Shown here: in pieces, positions 23,682 to 32,000 of the stretch | Numbering within the stretch: position 1 is the stretch's first letter | Layout of the letters: each line of letters begins with the position of its first letter | Assembly (NCBI GenBank): GCA_000091165.1 | Contig: FP565575.1 | Location: forward strand, 2,490,001-2,522,000 | Direction: 5' to 3' | Source: Candidatus Methylomirabilis oxygeniifera | GTDB taxonomy: Bacteria; Methylomirabilota; Methylomirabilia; Methylomirabilales; Methylomirabilaceae | DNA length: 32,000 nt | The notes under the pieces: model-generated | Databases searched by the model: none | What the model was told of the DNA's origin: nothing | Seen by the model: the letters and a program-made list of their open reading frames with translations, nothing else | Made by a program: the position numbers and the translations under genes

Positions 23682-24494
23682 CTAAACGCCTTGTTGTTGC
23701 CAGTGTTCCTCAAGGAACGACAGGGTAAGGCGGTTAAACTCCTCGGCGTGGGTGAGGATCACTGCGTGTCCGCCGTCACGGATCACAGCCAGTTTGGCGC
23801 CAGGGATCTGCTCGTAAAGAGTCCTGGCAAAGCGCATCGGGGTCAGGAGATCGTCATCGCCGGCCACGATCAGAGTCGGCGCAGTTATCCGGCTCAAGCG
23901 ATCTTCAGTGAAGTGGCTAAGCGCGGCCTCAACCTGGCGAATATAGACGTCGGCCGGGACGAAGTACGGGTCCTCCAGAAATCGGGCAATGGCCAAGTCC
24001 ACGAATCCCGGGATGAGATAGTCCTGGTACGTGAATACCCATGGACTGGTGGCCCGCGCATACTCCTCGCGGCTGAAACGACCCCGCATCAGCGCGAACG
24101 AGCTCAATACGTCGGCCCCGCGTCGGTCGGATGAGGTGTAGGTCGAGACGAGGACCAGTCGCTGGACCCTGGCGGGATGGGCGATTGCCAACTCCTGGGC
24201 AACCGCCCCGCCCATGGACAGGCCGACGATGTGGGCCTTATCAATGGCGAGTGCGTCCATCAGGCGAACGGCATCATCGGCCATGGTCTTAATCGTATAG
24301 GAATTCGGCGAGCGATTGCTTTGACCGGCGTCGCGGTTATCGAACGCCAGGCACCGGAAGTGCCGGGTGAACAGCGGCATCTGCAGCCCCCAGATCCGAT
24401 GGTCAATGCCGAGCCCGTGGATCCAGACGACCGGCTCGCCGCAGCCATCTTCCTCGTAGAACAGCTCGATCTGGCCGACTCGGACCTTTGGCAT
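23682..24494 (-). CDS. alpha/beta-fold hydrolase
   Basis: VVWIHGLG (HG oxyanion), nucleophile elbow VGLSMGGAV, and a C-terminal GGHAV His motif. I prefer ATG 24494 over the TTG at 24530. Confidence 0.8.
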   Translation of the reverse strand: MPKVRVGQIELFYEEDGCGEPVVWIHGLGIDHRIWGLQMPLFTRHFRCLAFDNRDAGQSNRSPNSYTIKTMADDAVRLMDALAIDKAHIVGLSMGGAVAQELAIAHPARVQRLVLVSTYTSSDRRGADVLSSFALMRGRFSREEYARATSPWVFTYQDYLIPGFVDLAIARFLEDPYFVPADVYIRQVEAALSHFTEDRLSRITAPTLIVAGDDDLLTPMRFARTLYEQIPGAKLAVIRDGGHAVILTHAEEFNRLTLSFLEEHWQQQGV

Positions 24495-24564
24495 AGAGGC
24501 GATTGTAAGCGCGCAGGTGAAAGCTGTCAATCAATCCACGCGTGCGCACGCGCATCGCGACTGC

Positions 24565-24593
24565 TTGACACCCCTTCTCCTCTCGGCTAAGGT
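24565..24593 (+). promoter_or_regulatory. sigma70-like promoter for the YyaL-AKR fusion gene
   Basis: TTGACA (24565..24570), a 17-nt spacer, then TAAGGT (24588..24593). Confidence 0.35.
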
Positions 24594-24611
24594 CAAATGA
24601 GAGGGAATGCA

Positions 24612-27600
24612 ATGAATACGGAATTCCATAAAATGGATCAAGAGGCGCTGCCGCGGCACACTAATAGGCTGATCCACGAGACCAGCCCCTACCTCCTGCA
24701 GCATGCCCATAACCCGGTGGACTGGTACCCCTGGGGAGAGGAGGCGCTCCGCCGGGCCAGGGAGGAGAACCGTCCGATCCTGCTCAGCATCGGCTACTCC
24801 GCCTGTCACTGGTGCCATGTGATGGCGCATGAGTCGTTCGAGAGCGAGCAGATCGCCGAGCTGATGAACCGGTATTTCGTGTGCATCAAGGTCGATAGGG
24901 AGGAGCGACCCGACCTCGATGCGATCTACATGGCGGCCACGCTGGCCCTGAATCATGGGCAGGGCGGGTGGCCGATGACCGTGTTTCTGACCCCTGACCT
25001 GCAGCCGTTCTTCGCGGGGACCTACTTCCCACCCAGGGATGGGTTGGGCCGCCCGGGATTCCCGACGATCCTAAATCGGGTTGCGCAGGTCTGGCGCGAG
25101 CAGCCCGACGCCCTCCGCACCCAATCGGACAAAATTACTGAAGGCTTGCGCGAGAGTTCTCGCCCCTCCTTGCCTATGCCGGTGGGACGGGCTGAGATCG
25201 CTGCCGCCGTTGCCCACTTCGCGGCAACCTTCGATCCGACCTTTGGCGGGTTCGGCGCCGCCCCCAAGTTCCCCGCAGCAACAGCATTGTCGCTCCTGCT
25301 GCGCCACCACCAACACACCGGGGATGCCCACGCCCTGCAGATGGTGCGGACGACGCTCGACGCCATGGCACGGGGCGGGATCTACGACCAGATCGGCGGC
25401 GGCTTTGCCAGGTACTCGACCGACGAGCGCTGGTTGATCCCCCACTTCGAGAAGATGCTCTACGACAATGCGCTGCTGGCCAGAACCTATCTGGAGGCCT
25501 TCCAGGTGGCCGGCGACCCGTCCTATCGGCAAATCGCGACCGAACTCCTCGACTATATTCTACGCGAGATGACCGCGCTGGAGGGAGGGTTTTACTCGGC
25601 CACCGATGCCGACTCGGAAGGAGTCGAGGGGAAGTTTTATGTCTGGACGCCGGCCGAGATCGAGGCGATTCTGGGGCAGGAGGAGGCACGCCGGTTCTGC
25701 GCCTATTACGACATCACGCCCACCGGCAACTGGGAGGGCAGGTCGATCCCCAATATCCGCCGCACGGCCGCGCAGGTGGCAGCAAAGCTTGGGGTCAGTG
25801 TCGAGGAGCTTGCCGCCTCTATCGATCGGACGCAGCCCAAGGTCTATGAGGCTCGTCGAAAGCGGGTGCCACCCGGACTGGATGACAAGATTCTCACCGC
25901 CTGGAACGGTCTGATGGTCAGCGCGATGGCCGAGGGATACCGTGTCCTCGGCGAACGGCGTCACCTTGACGCCGCCGTTCGCGCGGCCGACTTCTTGCTC
26001 TCTACGCTCCTCCGACCTGACGGTCGGCTGCTCCGGACCTACCGGAGCGGCGTCGCGCATCTGAACGCCTACCTTGAGGATTATGCCTGCCTCTGCGAAG
26101 GGCTGATCGATCTGTACGAGGCGGGCGGCGAAACCCGCTATCTCCGTGAGGCCGTCCGACTAGCCGAGCGTATGCCGGGCGATTTCGCCGATGAAGAGAG
26201 CGGCGCCTTCCACACCACCTCGCGCGATCACGAAACGCTGATCCTGCGCTATCGAGAGGGAACGGATGGCGCCACCCCCAGCGGTAACGCCGTCGCGGCC
26301 TCGGCGCTGACTCGCCTCTCATTTCACCTGAACCGGGAGGAGTGGCGAAGGGCGGCCGAGCAGGCGATCAGCGCGTATGGGCAGCAGATCGCCCGCTATC
26401 CGCACGCCTTCGCCAAGAGCCTCGCCGTCGTGGACCTCCTCCTGGAGGGGCCGGTGGAGCTCTGCCTGATCGGCAACCCGGCAGAGGCGGGGTGTGAGGC
26501 GCTACGCCGGGAGGTTGGGCGTCACTTCATCCCGAACCGGATCATTGCGCATCACGATCCGACCAAAGGCAATCCGCCCGAGCTCCCTCTGCTGAGGGGG
26601 AAGGGGTTAGTCGATGGTCGCGCGGCGCTGTATCTCTGCCGGAACTTTACCTGTCAGGCTCCCATCACTGATCCCGCGCAGGTAGCCGAACTCCTTGGCG
26701 CTGCCGCGCGGCGTGGAGCAGGCGGCAGACGGTCAGCCGTCGGGAGCTTCCTGCAGGGCAGCGCAACGGAGGCCGGCACCGCAGCCTACGCACAACGCTT
26801 CACCCCATCAGGCTACGGGCCGCTCGGAGCAACCGGCCTGAGCGCCAGCAAGCTGGGCTTCGGGGGCTACCGGATCGACGATGAGACGCCCGAGCACACC
26901 GAAGCCCTCGAGCAGGCACTGCGCCATGGCTGCAACCTGATCGACACCTCCACCAACTACACAGATGGCGGCAGCGAGCGGTGCGTCGGCGCCGTCCTGG
27001 GTAAGCTCGCGCGTACCGGAACGCTTAGGCGCGAGGAGGTCATTGTCGTCTCGAAGATCGGCTACGTCCAGGGACAGAACCTGGAGCTGGCCCAGAAGCG
27101 AGAGGCGGAGGACAGGCCGTTTCCAGAGATGGTCAAATATATGGAGGGCTGCTGGCACTGCATACATCCGGAGTTTCTGCGCGATCAGCTTGAACGGTCG
27201 CTCACCCGGCTGCAGATCGAGACCCTCGATGTCTGCCTGCTGCACAATCCTGAGTACTTCCTCTCAGACGCCAGGGCGCGCAGGCGCGGCGACCTGGAGT
27301 CTGCTCGTAACGAGTTCTACCGGCGGCTGCAAGAGGCCTTTCGCTTCTTCGAAAGTCAAGTGGCAGCCGGTACGATCCGATGGTATGGCGTCTCTTCAAA
27401 CACCGTCGTGGCGCCTGCGGCTGATCCGGAGGCGACGTCGCTGACCCGAATGCTGGCCGCCGCGCGAGAGGCTGGTGGGCCGGCCCACCACTTCCGGATC
27501 CTTCAGCTCCCGATGAATCTGTTCGAGGCGGGCGCGCTTCTCACGCAGAACACCGGACCGGACAATCGGCAGACAGCGCTGGAGGCCGCATCCGGCGCGG

Positions 27601-27923
27601 CAATCGGTGCCCTGGTCAACCGGCCGCTCAATGCCATCGTCGGCGACAGGATGGTCCGGCTGGCGGCGAGTTCCAGCCGGCGCGTTCATGACGCGATCTC
27701 GGCGGCTATCGATCCGCTACTCTCTGAGGCGCGACGAGGCGAGAGCCTGTCCCGCAAGGCGCTCTGGGCCCTGGCCAGCACCCCGGGCGTCAGTTGCGTC
27801 CTGAACGGCATGCGCACCCGCGACTATGTTCATGACTCGCTCGGTATCCTGCCCTGGCCTCCGCTCGCTGACGTCATCCCGATCTATCAGGCTGCGCAGG
27901 ACCTCACGCTTCACGAGGTCTAG
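24612..27923 (+). CDS. fusion protein: thioredoxin-like DUF255/YyaL (six-hairpin glycosidase-like) module + C-terminal aldo/keto reductase
   Basis: The ATG at 24612 is preceded by GAGGGA (5-nt spacer). N-terminal part: [29 protein letters not shown] and [17 protein letters not shown] (DUF255 hallmark). C-terminal part from about residue 720: [29 protein letters not shown] (the AKR D/Y/K/H tetrad context). Single uninterrupted ORF. Confidence 0.85.
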   Translation: MNTEFHKMDQEALPRHTNRLIHETSPYLLQHAHNPVDWYPWGEEALRRAREENRPILLSIGYSACHWCHVMAHESFESEQIAELMNRYFVCIKVDREERPDLDAIYMAATLALNHGQGGWPMTVFLTPDLQPFFAGTYFPPRDGLGRPGFPTILNRVAQVWREQPDALRTQSDKITEGLRESSRPSLPMPVGRAEIAAAVAHFAATFDPTFGGFGAAPKFPAATALSLLLRHHQHTGDAHALQMVRTTLDAMARGGIYDQIGGGFARYSTDERWLIPHFEKMLYDNALLARTYLEAFQVAGDPSYRQIATELLDYILREMTALEGGFYSATDADSEGVEGKFYVWTPAEIEAILGQEEARRFCAYYDITPTGNWEGRSIPNIRRTAAQVAAKLGVSVEELAASIDRTQPKVYEARRKRVPPGLDDKILTAWNGLMVSAMAEGYRVLGERRHLDAAVRAADFLLSTLLRPDGRLLRTYRSGVAHLNAYLEDYACLCEGLIDLYEAGGETRYLREAVRLAERMPGDFADEESGAFHTTSRDHETLILRYREGTDGATPSGNAVAASALTRLSFHLNREEWRRAAEQAISAYGQQIARYPHAFAKSLAVVDLLLEGPVELCLIGNPAEAGCEALRREVGRHFIPNRIIAHHDPTKGNPPELPLLRGKGLVDGRAALYLCRNFTCQAPITDPAQVAELLGAAARRGAGGRRSAVGSFLQGSATEAGTAAYAQRFTPSGYGPLGATGLSASKLGFGGYRIDDETPEHTEALEQALRHGCNLIDTSTNYTDGGSERCVGAVLGKLARTGTLRREEVIVVSKIGYVQGQNLELAQKREAEDRPFPEMVKYMEGCWHCIHPEFLRDQLERSLTRLQIETLDVCLLHNPEYFLSDARARRRGDLESARNEFYRRLQEAFRFFESQVAAGTIRWYGVSSNTVVAPAADPEATSLTRMLAAAREAGGPAHHFRILQLPMNLFEAGALLTQNTGPDNRQTALEAASGAAIGALVNRPLNAIVGDRMVRLAASSSRRVHDAISAAIDPLLSEARRGESLSRKALWALASTPGVSCVLNGMRTRDYVHDSLGILPWPPLADVIPIYQAAQDLTLHEV

Positions 27924-27997
27924 AGTGCGGCGAGCGCTTGACTTGAGCCGGGTAAGCGGGTAGCCTGTGAAGCTTGAGTGGCAAAGGGGACTTCACG

Positions 27998-28801
27998 ATG
28001 GTGCCTGAGATGCTGACAAAACGGGAACATGCGCTGCCGGGGTATATCCCGCCCCACAAACGGGACAAGCGACGCGCCGACAGTTATTTGAAGACGCTTG
28101 AAACGCGCGCGAAGGAGAAGGTCGCGCTCGAAGCCCAACTGGAGGCGAATCGACTGAAGCGGGCGGAGTTCTGGAAGCAGAACGGCTATGGGTGGCTACT
28201 GCGACTTGATCGTTACGCAACATGGAAAGAGAAACATGCGGCCTATCAGGCGCTCGCGGAAGAGCGGGTGCAGCTCATTGAGAAGCTTCGGCAGAAGACC
28301 CTGGACCTTCACCGTAGCCCTGAGGACAAGGACGGCGACGGTCTGGTCGATACCGATCAATACCCGGATAAGATCGGCCAGAAGAAGGCCAAGCCGGCCT
28401 GGATTGCGTTGGTCGATCCCGGCAACTGCTCCGGGTGCAGTGGCCACGATGTCAAGCCGGGGGAGTGGGTAACGCCGTGTCAATCGGTCTGCCCGGTGGA
28501 TTGCATCTCGCACCTGACGCCCGACCAGGTGAAGTTGCACAGATACGACCGAGGCGTCCATGACAATGTACCGCCCGTTCAGATCCGGTTCGATGAATGT
28601 ATCGGGTGCGACAAATGTTCGCAGGCCTGCTCGCGAGATGCGTGGAACGCCATCACCATGGTGAGGACTGAGAAGCTTGAAGAGTGTTTCGAGATCAAGC
28701 TCACCAATAAATATCCAGGCCGCGCCTCGAACGATATTCATTTCTCTAAACTTGACCAGCTCACCGATGAAGAGTTCGTCGGCCTGTATACAACAGTATG
28801 A
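27998..28801 (+). CDS. 2x[4Fe-4S] ferredoxin-domain protein with long charged/coiled-coil N-terminal region
   Basis: The ATG at 27998 is preceded by AAGGGGA (7-nt spacer). Cys motifs are CSGCSG-x13-CQSVCP (atypical, with an insertion) and CIGCDKCSQAC (canonical CxxCxxCxxxC). Confidence 0.7.
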   Translation: MVPEMLTKREHALPGYIPPHKRDKRRADSYLKTLETRAKEKVALEAQLEANRLKRAEFWKQNGYGWLLRLDRYATWKEKHAAYQALAEERVQLIEKLRQKTLDLHRSPEDKDGDGLVDTDQYPDKIGQKKAKPAWIALVDPGNCSGCSGHDVKPGEWVTPCQSVCPVDCISHLTPDQVKLHRYDRGVHDNVPPVQIRFDECIGCDKCSQACSRDAWNAITMVRTEKLEECFEIKLTNKYPGRASNDIHFSKLDQLTDEEFVGLYTTV

Positions 28802-29067
28802 CCGCTGCAAACCGACAGCAGATCGCCGAGATGATCCGGGCCTATGGCCGGGCCACGCCGGTGCTGGAGGAGGAGCGACTGCGATGGCTTACCCAGCTCA
28901 CACCCCAAGAGGCTCGGGCGATCTATGAATCGCTCTATGAGGCGTGGGAGCGGGGGGGGCAGCGCGGGGGGGGCGACTGGGCAACACTGGACCGATGGCG
29001 CCTCGAGACGAAGCTCGCCGTGCGTGAGGCGTTTGCGCGCCTGGCCGCTTCGAGGAGCAAACAGTGA
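28798..29067 (+). CDS. 89-aa hypothetical protein (candidate antitoxin/adaptor), translationally coupled on both sides
   Basis: ATGA overlap with the ferredoxin-like gene and GTGA overlap with the nucleotidyltransferase gene. Predicted helical, no family recognised. Contains two G8 tracts. Confidence 0.5.
   Translation: MTAANRQQIAEMIRAYGRATPVLEEERLRWLTQLTPQEARAIYESLYEAWERGGQRGGGDWATLDRWRLETKLAVREAFARLAASRSKQ
28952..28973 (+). repeat. two G8 homopolymer tracts separated by 6 nt (CAGCGC)
   Basis: Read directly: cGGGGGGGGcagcgcGGGGGGGGc, encoding ERGGQRGGGD. Confidence 0.9.
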
Positions 29068-29639
29068 TCCCACCCCTCGAAGCCGCATGGGAGGTCCATA
29101 GGTTTCTGACCAAGCTTGGTTTCCCCTACGCACTGATCGGGGGGCTCGCGGTGCAGTATTGGGGTGAGCCACGACTGACCGTCGATGCGGATGTCACGGT
29201 ATCCGCTCCACTGAACGATCCCGAAACATTTGTGCGTACCCTCATCGAACACTTCCCTTCGCGTATCGATGACCCGATCGCCTTTGCTCGGCGATCCCGA
29301 ATGGTCCTCATCAGGACTTCTAACAACTGCCCGGTGGACGTCTCGCTGGCCCTGCCGGGCTACGAAGACGAGGTCATGCGGCGCGTGGTGAGCTATGAGC
29401 TTGAGCCGGACAAAGCCATCAGATTGTGCTCGGCAGAGGACCTTATTGTCCACAAGGCGGTTGCAAGCCGCCCCCAGGACCTCCGCGATATTGAGGGCGT
29501 GATTGCACGGCGACATAGCGCGCTGGATGTCGCTTACATTCGCCGGTGGCTGACCGAGTTCGCCGACATCCTGGCGGACCCGGAACTGCTGCAACGGTTC
29601 GAACGGCCCTGGCAGCGGCTCCAAACCTTTAATACCTGA
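29064..29639 (+). CDS. minimal nucleotidyltransferase-fold protein (AbiEii/DUF6036-like)
   Basis: GTG start with GAGGAG 6 nt upstream. [24 protein letters not shown] fits the pol-beta NTase signature G(G/S)-x9-13-DxD. Confidence 0.6.
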   Translation: MIPPLEAAWEVHRFLTKLGFPYALIGGLAVQYWGEPRLTVDADVTVSAPLNDPETFVRTLIEHFPSRIDDPIAFARRSRMVLIRTSNNCPVDVSLALPGYEDEVMRRVVSYELEPDKAIRLCSAEDLIVHKAVASRPQDLRDIEGVIARRHSALDVAYIRRWLTEFADILADPELLQRFERPWQRLQTFNT

Positions 29640-29916
29640 TCCCGAAGCCCTGTTCGCCCTGGGGCTCCCCCCAGACAACCTCAACATTGCTCACCCGCGC
29701 GACGGGCGGCCCGTTCCGACACCAGGCAATCATCGCTTCCACGGCAAGCTGCTCGCCCTCGAACGCTGCCTCGACTCGACCATCCGGCGTATTTCGTACC
29801 CACCCGATAAGACCGGCGGCGGTCGCCTCATCGACCGTGTAGGCACGGAAACAGACACCCTGGACCCGTCCAGAGATCAAGACATGCGCCCTGACGTGCT
29901 TGTGCTCTGTCATCAT
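29629..29916 (-). CDS. acyP: acylphosphatase
   Basis: [11 protein letters not shown] and [12 protein letters not shown] motifs; 95 aa. Confidence 0.85.
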   Translation of the reverse strand: MMTEHKHVRAHVLISGRVQGVCFRAYTVDEATAAGLIGWVRNTPDGRVEAAFEGEQLAVEAMIAWCRNGPPVARVSNVEVVWGEPQGEQGFGIRY

Positions 29917-29923
29917 TCCACCC

Positions 29924-30985
29924 CTAGTCGGAGACCAGCACGCCTTGCGATAGGCGCCGGTAGTAACGGTCCAAAGCCCCGTCGGAACCGATCAACACCA
30001 AGGAGCGCGCCATAATACCGTAGACGGCCCCACGCGAGACCTTAATCACCACGCTCGGGTCCAGCAGATTGGGCGATCGTGCGAGCAGCGCCAGCGTCTT
30101 GAGACCGATAAACAGTGGTAAGACGCAGGCCAGGCGCATCCGGACTTCACGCCGTGGAATCGCCAGGGTATAGGCCCAGCCCTCCTGGTAATGCTCGAGG
30201 GCAAGCGCCAGCAGGGAGTACAGCAACGGCTTGACCTTCGCGATGGCTGACGGGTTGAGCAGGTCGGCAGGTTGCAGACCCAGGGCGTTCAACTCCTGCC
30301 TGGGGAGGTAACAACGGCCGATGCGCAGGTCCTTCGAAAGGTCGCGCAGGACGTTGGTCATCTGAAGCCCCTTCCCGAACCGAACCCCGCGTCGCCTCAT
30401 CACCTCGCGATCCCATCCGGCGAGAGAGGGGCGATGTGCCAGGTGGATATCAGTCCAAAACTCCCCCACGCACCCGGCCACATAGTAGGTGTACCGATCA
30501 AGATCGGCTCGCGTCTCCAGAGAAACGAGGCGCTCCCCATCCTCTCCGGGAAAGGCGGCGAGATCCATGACCATCCCGTCCGTCAGGGTCAGAACCACAT
30601 CGCGGACCATTGTCTGATCGGACGGTGTGAGGGAAAGGAGGATGGCTAACCCCTCCTCAAGGCGGGTGAGCAGCTCTCGCTCGGCCGCATCCCGCTGCCG
30701 TTCCACCAGCACGTTTGTGATTGCCGAGAGTCGTTCGGGCCGTCCTTCCCGGATCACATCGCGAAAGAGTTCAAGGTGCTTCAGGCGGTCGGCGCGGCCG
30801 ATGAGCGCGGTATCGGCAATCGTGTCTGCCGCTCGTGCGAGCAGATACGCAAGGCCGATCGGCCGCCGAAGATCGGCGGGAACTGCTCGAAGGGTCAGAT
30901 AGAATGAGCGGCTGACGCGTTTGAGGAGCGGGCCGAGCAGGTCTTGATTGTGCATCACGGCGGGCGGTTCGGCCAGGCTCACCAC
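29924..30985 (-). CDS. squalene/phytoene synthase family protein (HpnC/HpnD-like)
   Basis: [53 protein letters not shown]. Start is either GTG 30985 or ATG 30955. Confidence 0.8.
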   Translation of the reverse strand: MVSLAEPPAVMHNQDLLGPLLKRVSRSFYLTLRAVPADLRRPIGLAYLLARAADTIADTALIGRADRLKHLELFRDVIREGRPERLSAITNVLVERQRDAAERELLTRLEEGLAILLSLTPSDQTMVRDVVLTLTDGMVMDLAAFPGEDGERLVSLETRADLDRYTYYVAGCVGEFWTDIHLAHRPSLAGWDREVMRRRGVRFGKGLQMTNVLRDLSKDLRIGRCYLPRQELNALGLQPADLLNPSAIAKVKPLLYSLLALALEHYQEGWAYTLAIPRREVRMRLACVLPLFIGLKTLALLARSPNLLDPSVVIKVSRGAVYGIMARSLVLIGSDGALDRYYRRLSQGVLVSD

Positions 30986-30994
30986 GGGCGGGGG

Positions 30995-31303
30995 TTAATC
31001 CAGGTCGATGTCGCGGGTGGGCTTGGTCGCAGGTTCATCCTTCGCCTTCTTGAGCAACTCTTTGAACTTCCGCTCCAGGAGCTTCCCTTTTTCCTTCTCC
31101 GCTTCCATCGATTCCTTAAAGCGCGCCTCCCGCCGACCCGCCTCGCCCTTCAGTTCTTCAACCGCGGCCTTCAGGTCAGTGGGGAGCGTCTCCTTGGTCG
31201 GCATCTCATGGTGCAGGACGGCGCCAAGCTCACGGTCTACGGTGAGCCTCGCCTGGCAGCATGGGCAGATCACCTCGATGGCACACTTCGCCTCGTCGCT
31301 CAT
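30995..31303 (-). CDS. small zinc-ribbon (CPCC) protein with Lys/Glu-rich helical tail
   Basis: VICPCCQARLTV, followed by a charged region. GGGAG lies 7 nt upstream of the ATG. Confidence 0.5.
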   Translation of the reverse strand: MSDEAKCAIEVICPCCQARLTVDRELGAVLHHEMPTKETLPTDLKAAVEELKGEAGRREARFKESMEAEKEKGKLLERKFKELLKKAKDEPATKPTRDIDLD

Positions 31304-31412
31304 ACTTCACTCCCGAGGGGGCGTAACCACATGAAACACTAGCACACTGCACATACCTTTGCAAAATCGGTCAGCAGGTGTGGCGGGGGGGTGGCTTCAG
31401 GCTCAAAGAGGG

Positions 31413-31754
31413 CTACTCGGCCTTGCGGCTGCGGTACAAGCGAACGTGGACCTTCTCGATGGTGGCCAGACCCTCGGTGATGTCGTCGTCGATCAGGTCA
31501 AGAAATGCCTCGAGCTTCTCGCGGCTGTCGACAATCTCCACGACGACCGGCAGATCGAGCGAGAGCCGTTCGATCTTGAACGTATGGAGTCGGCTATGGG
31601 CGCCGTATCCCATCAGCCCCCGAAGTACCGTCGCCCCGGCCAGCCCTTGTTCACGCGCCTTCAGGATGACCCACTCGTACAGCGGCTTCCCGGAATGGCG
31701 GTCGCTTTCGCCGACGAAGATCCGGAGCAGGTGGCCTTCCTGTGGGAGTGTCAT
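31413..31754 (-). CDS. DUF190 (PII-like) protein commonly linked to crcB
   Basis: The ATG at 31754 is preceded by GGAGGTG. LLRIFVGESDRHSGKPLYEWVILKAREQGLAGATVLRGLMGYG is the DUF190 pattern. It sits immediately downstream of crcB. Confidence 0.7.
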   Translation of the reverse strand: MTLPQEGHLLRIFVGESDRHSGKPLYEWVILKAREQGLAGATVLRGLMGYGAHSRLHTFKIERLSLDLPVVVEIVDSREKLEAFLDLIDDDITEGLATIEKVHVRLYRSRKAE

Positions 31755-31758
31755 TGCT

Positions 31759-32000
31759 TCACCTCCAGATGGCGTGCGCCGTCGCCCTGCCGACCCAGAC
31801 CGCCCCAATCGCCAACACCGCGTGGGTCAGCAGATTCATGGCGGCGAACGTCCACTCGCCGTCGCGAAGCAGGTTGACGGTTTCGTTGCCGAAGGTCGAA
31901 AAGGTCGTAAACCCGCCCAGCACACCGATCACAATCAAGGCGCGCGTTTCCGGTGACAGGAAGGCGCGCGCTTCTGCCAGCTCGGACAGGCCTCCGATCA
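31759..32000 (-). CDS. crcB: fluoride channel CrcB/FluC, C-terminal part (gene continues beyond the right edge)
   Basis: Hand translation of the minus strand gives ...ALIVIGVLGGFTTFSTFGNETVNLLRDGEW...AIWR*, containing the GGFTTFSTF hallmark. Confidence 0.85.
   Translation of the reverse strand, partial: IGGLSELAEARAFLSPETRALIVIGVLGGFTTFSTFGNETVNLLRDGEWTFAAMNLLTHAVLAIGAVWVGRATAHAIWR

Noticed and set aside
24531-24956. 141-aa minus-strand ORF
   Set aside because: Antisense to the N-terminal DUF255 region, whose plus frame contains the CHWCHVM hallmark.
28196-29687. 204-aa and 250-aa minus-strand ORFs
   Set aside because: Antisense to the ferredoxin-like and NTase genes. The plus frames carry canonical Cys-cluster and G(G/S)...DxD motifs and are linked by start/stop overlaps.
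1-32000. Search for CRISPR arrays, tRNA/rRNA genes, integrases and transposases
   Set aside because: I saw no regularly spaced short repeats, no cloverleaf-like or rRNA-like segments in the intergenic regions, and no ORF with recombinase or transposase motifs. This was a by-eye inspection, so tRNAscan/Infernal should confirm it.

Overview
32-kb chromosomal segment from a GC-rich bacterium (hand counts on sampled 60-nt lines give about 57-58% GC in core genes). It is probably a diderm, since it carries a beta-barrel porin, RodZ and Tat/Sec signal peptides. I cannot assign a species from the sequence alone.

Core content, left to right:
- N-terminal end of glgB (minus strand, runs off the window) and a small secreted protein.
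- A UvrD-type helicase fused to a Cas4/AddB-like PD-(D/E)XK nuclease, translationally coupled to a HAD 5'-nucleotidase-like gene.
- rodZ-like gene and a CDF metal exporter.
- A long minus-strand metal/redox cluster: fur, an alternative-oxidase-like di-iron protein, a Fe(III)-type ABC importer (SBP, fused permease, ATPase), a ceruloplasmin-like multicopper oxidase, ApbE, a porin, an FMN-bind protein and a 4-TM protein.
- GNAT acetyltransferase and alpha/beta hydrolase.
- A 1103-aa DUF255/YyaL-thioredoxin::aldo-keto-reductase fusion.
- A ferredoxin-like / 89-aa / nucleotidyltransferase cassette.
- acyP, a squalene/phytoene-synthase family gene, a zinc-ribbon protein, DUF190 and crcB (runs off the right edge).

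Most interesting region: about 4.9 kb (1403-6346) looks like an accessory defence/TA island. It is bracketed by a ~306-bp direct repeat made of the 5' end of the helicase-nuclease gene. The left copy is a truncated, frameshifted pseudogene; the right copy is part of the intact gene. The island carries an orphan AbiEi antitoxin-like gene, a low-GC BrnT/BrnA pair, and a three-gene operon (2496-5480). That operon encodes a 245-aa unknown protein, an AbiV/HEPN-like protein, and a 4-TM protein fused to a GT51 peptidoglycan glycosyltransferase domain. I do not recognise this operon as a described system and rank it as the best candidate for something new.

No rRNA, tRNA, CRISPR array, integrase or transposase was recognised.
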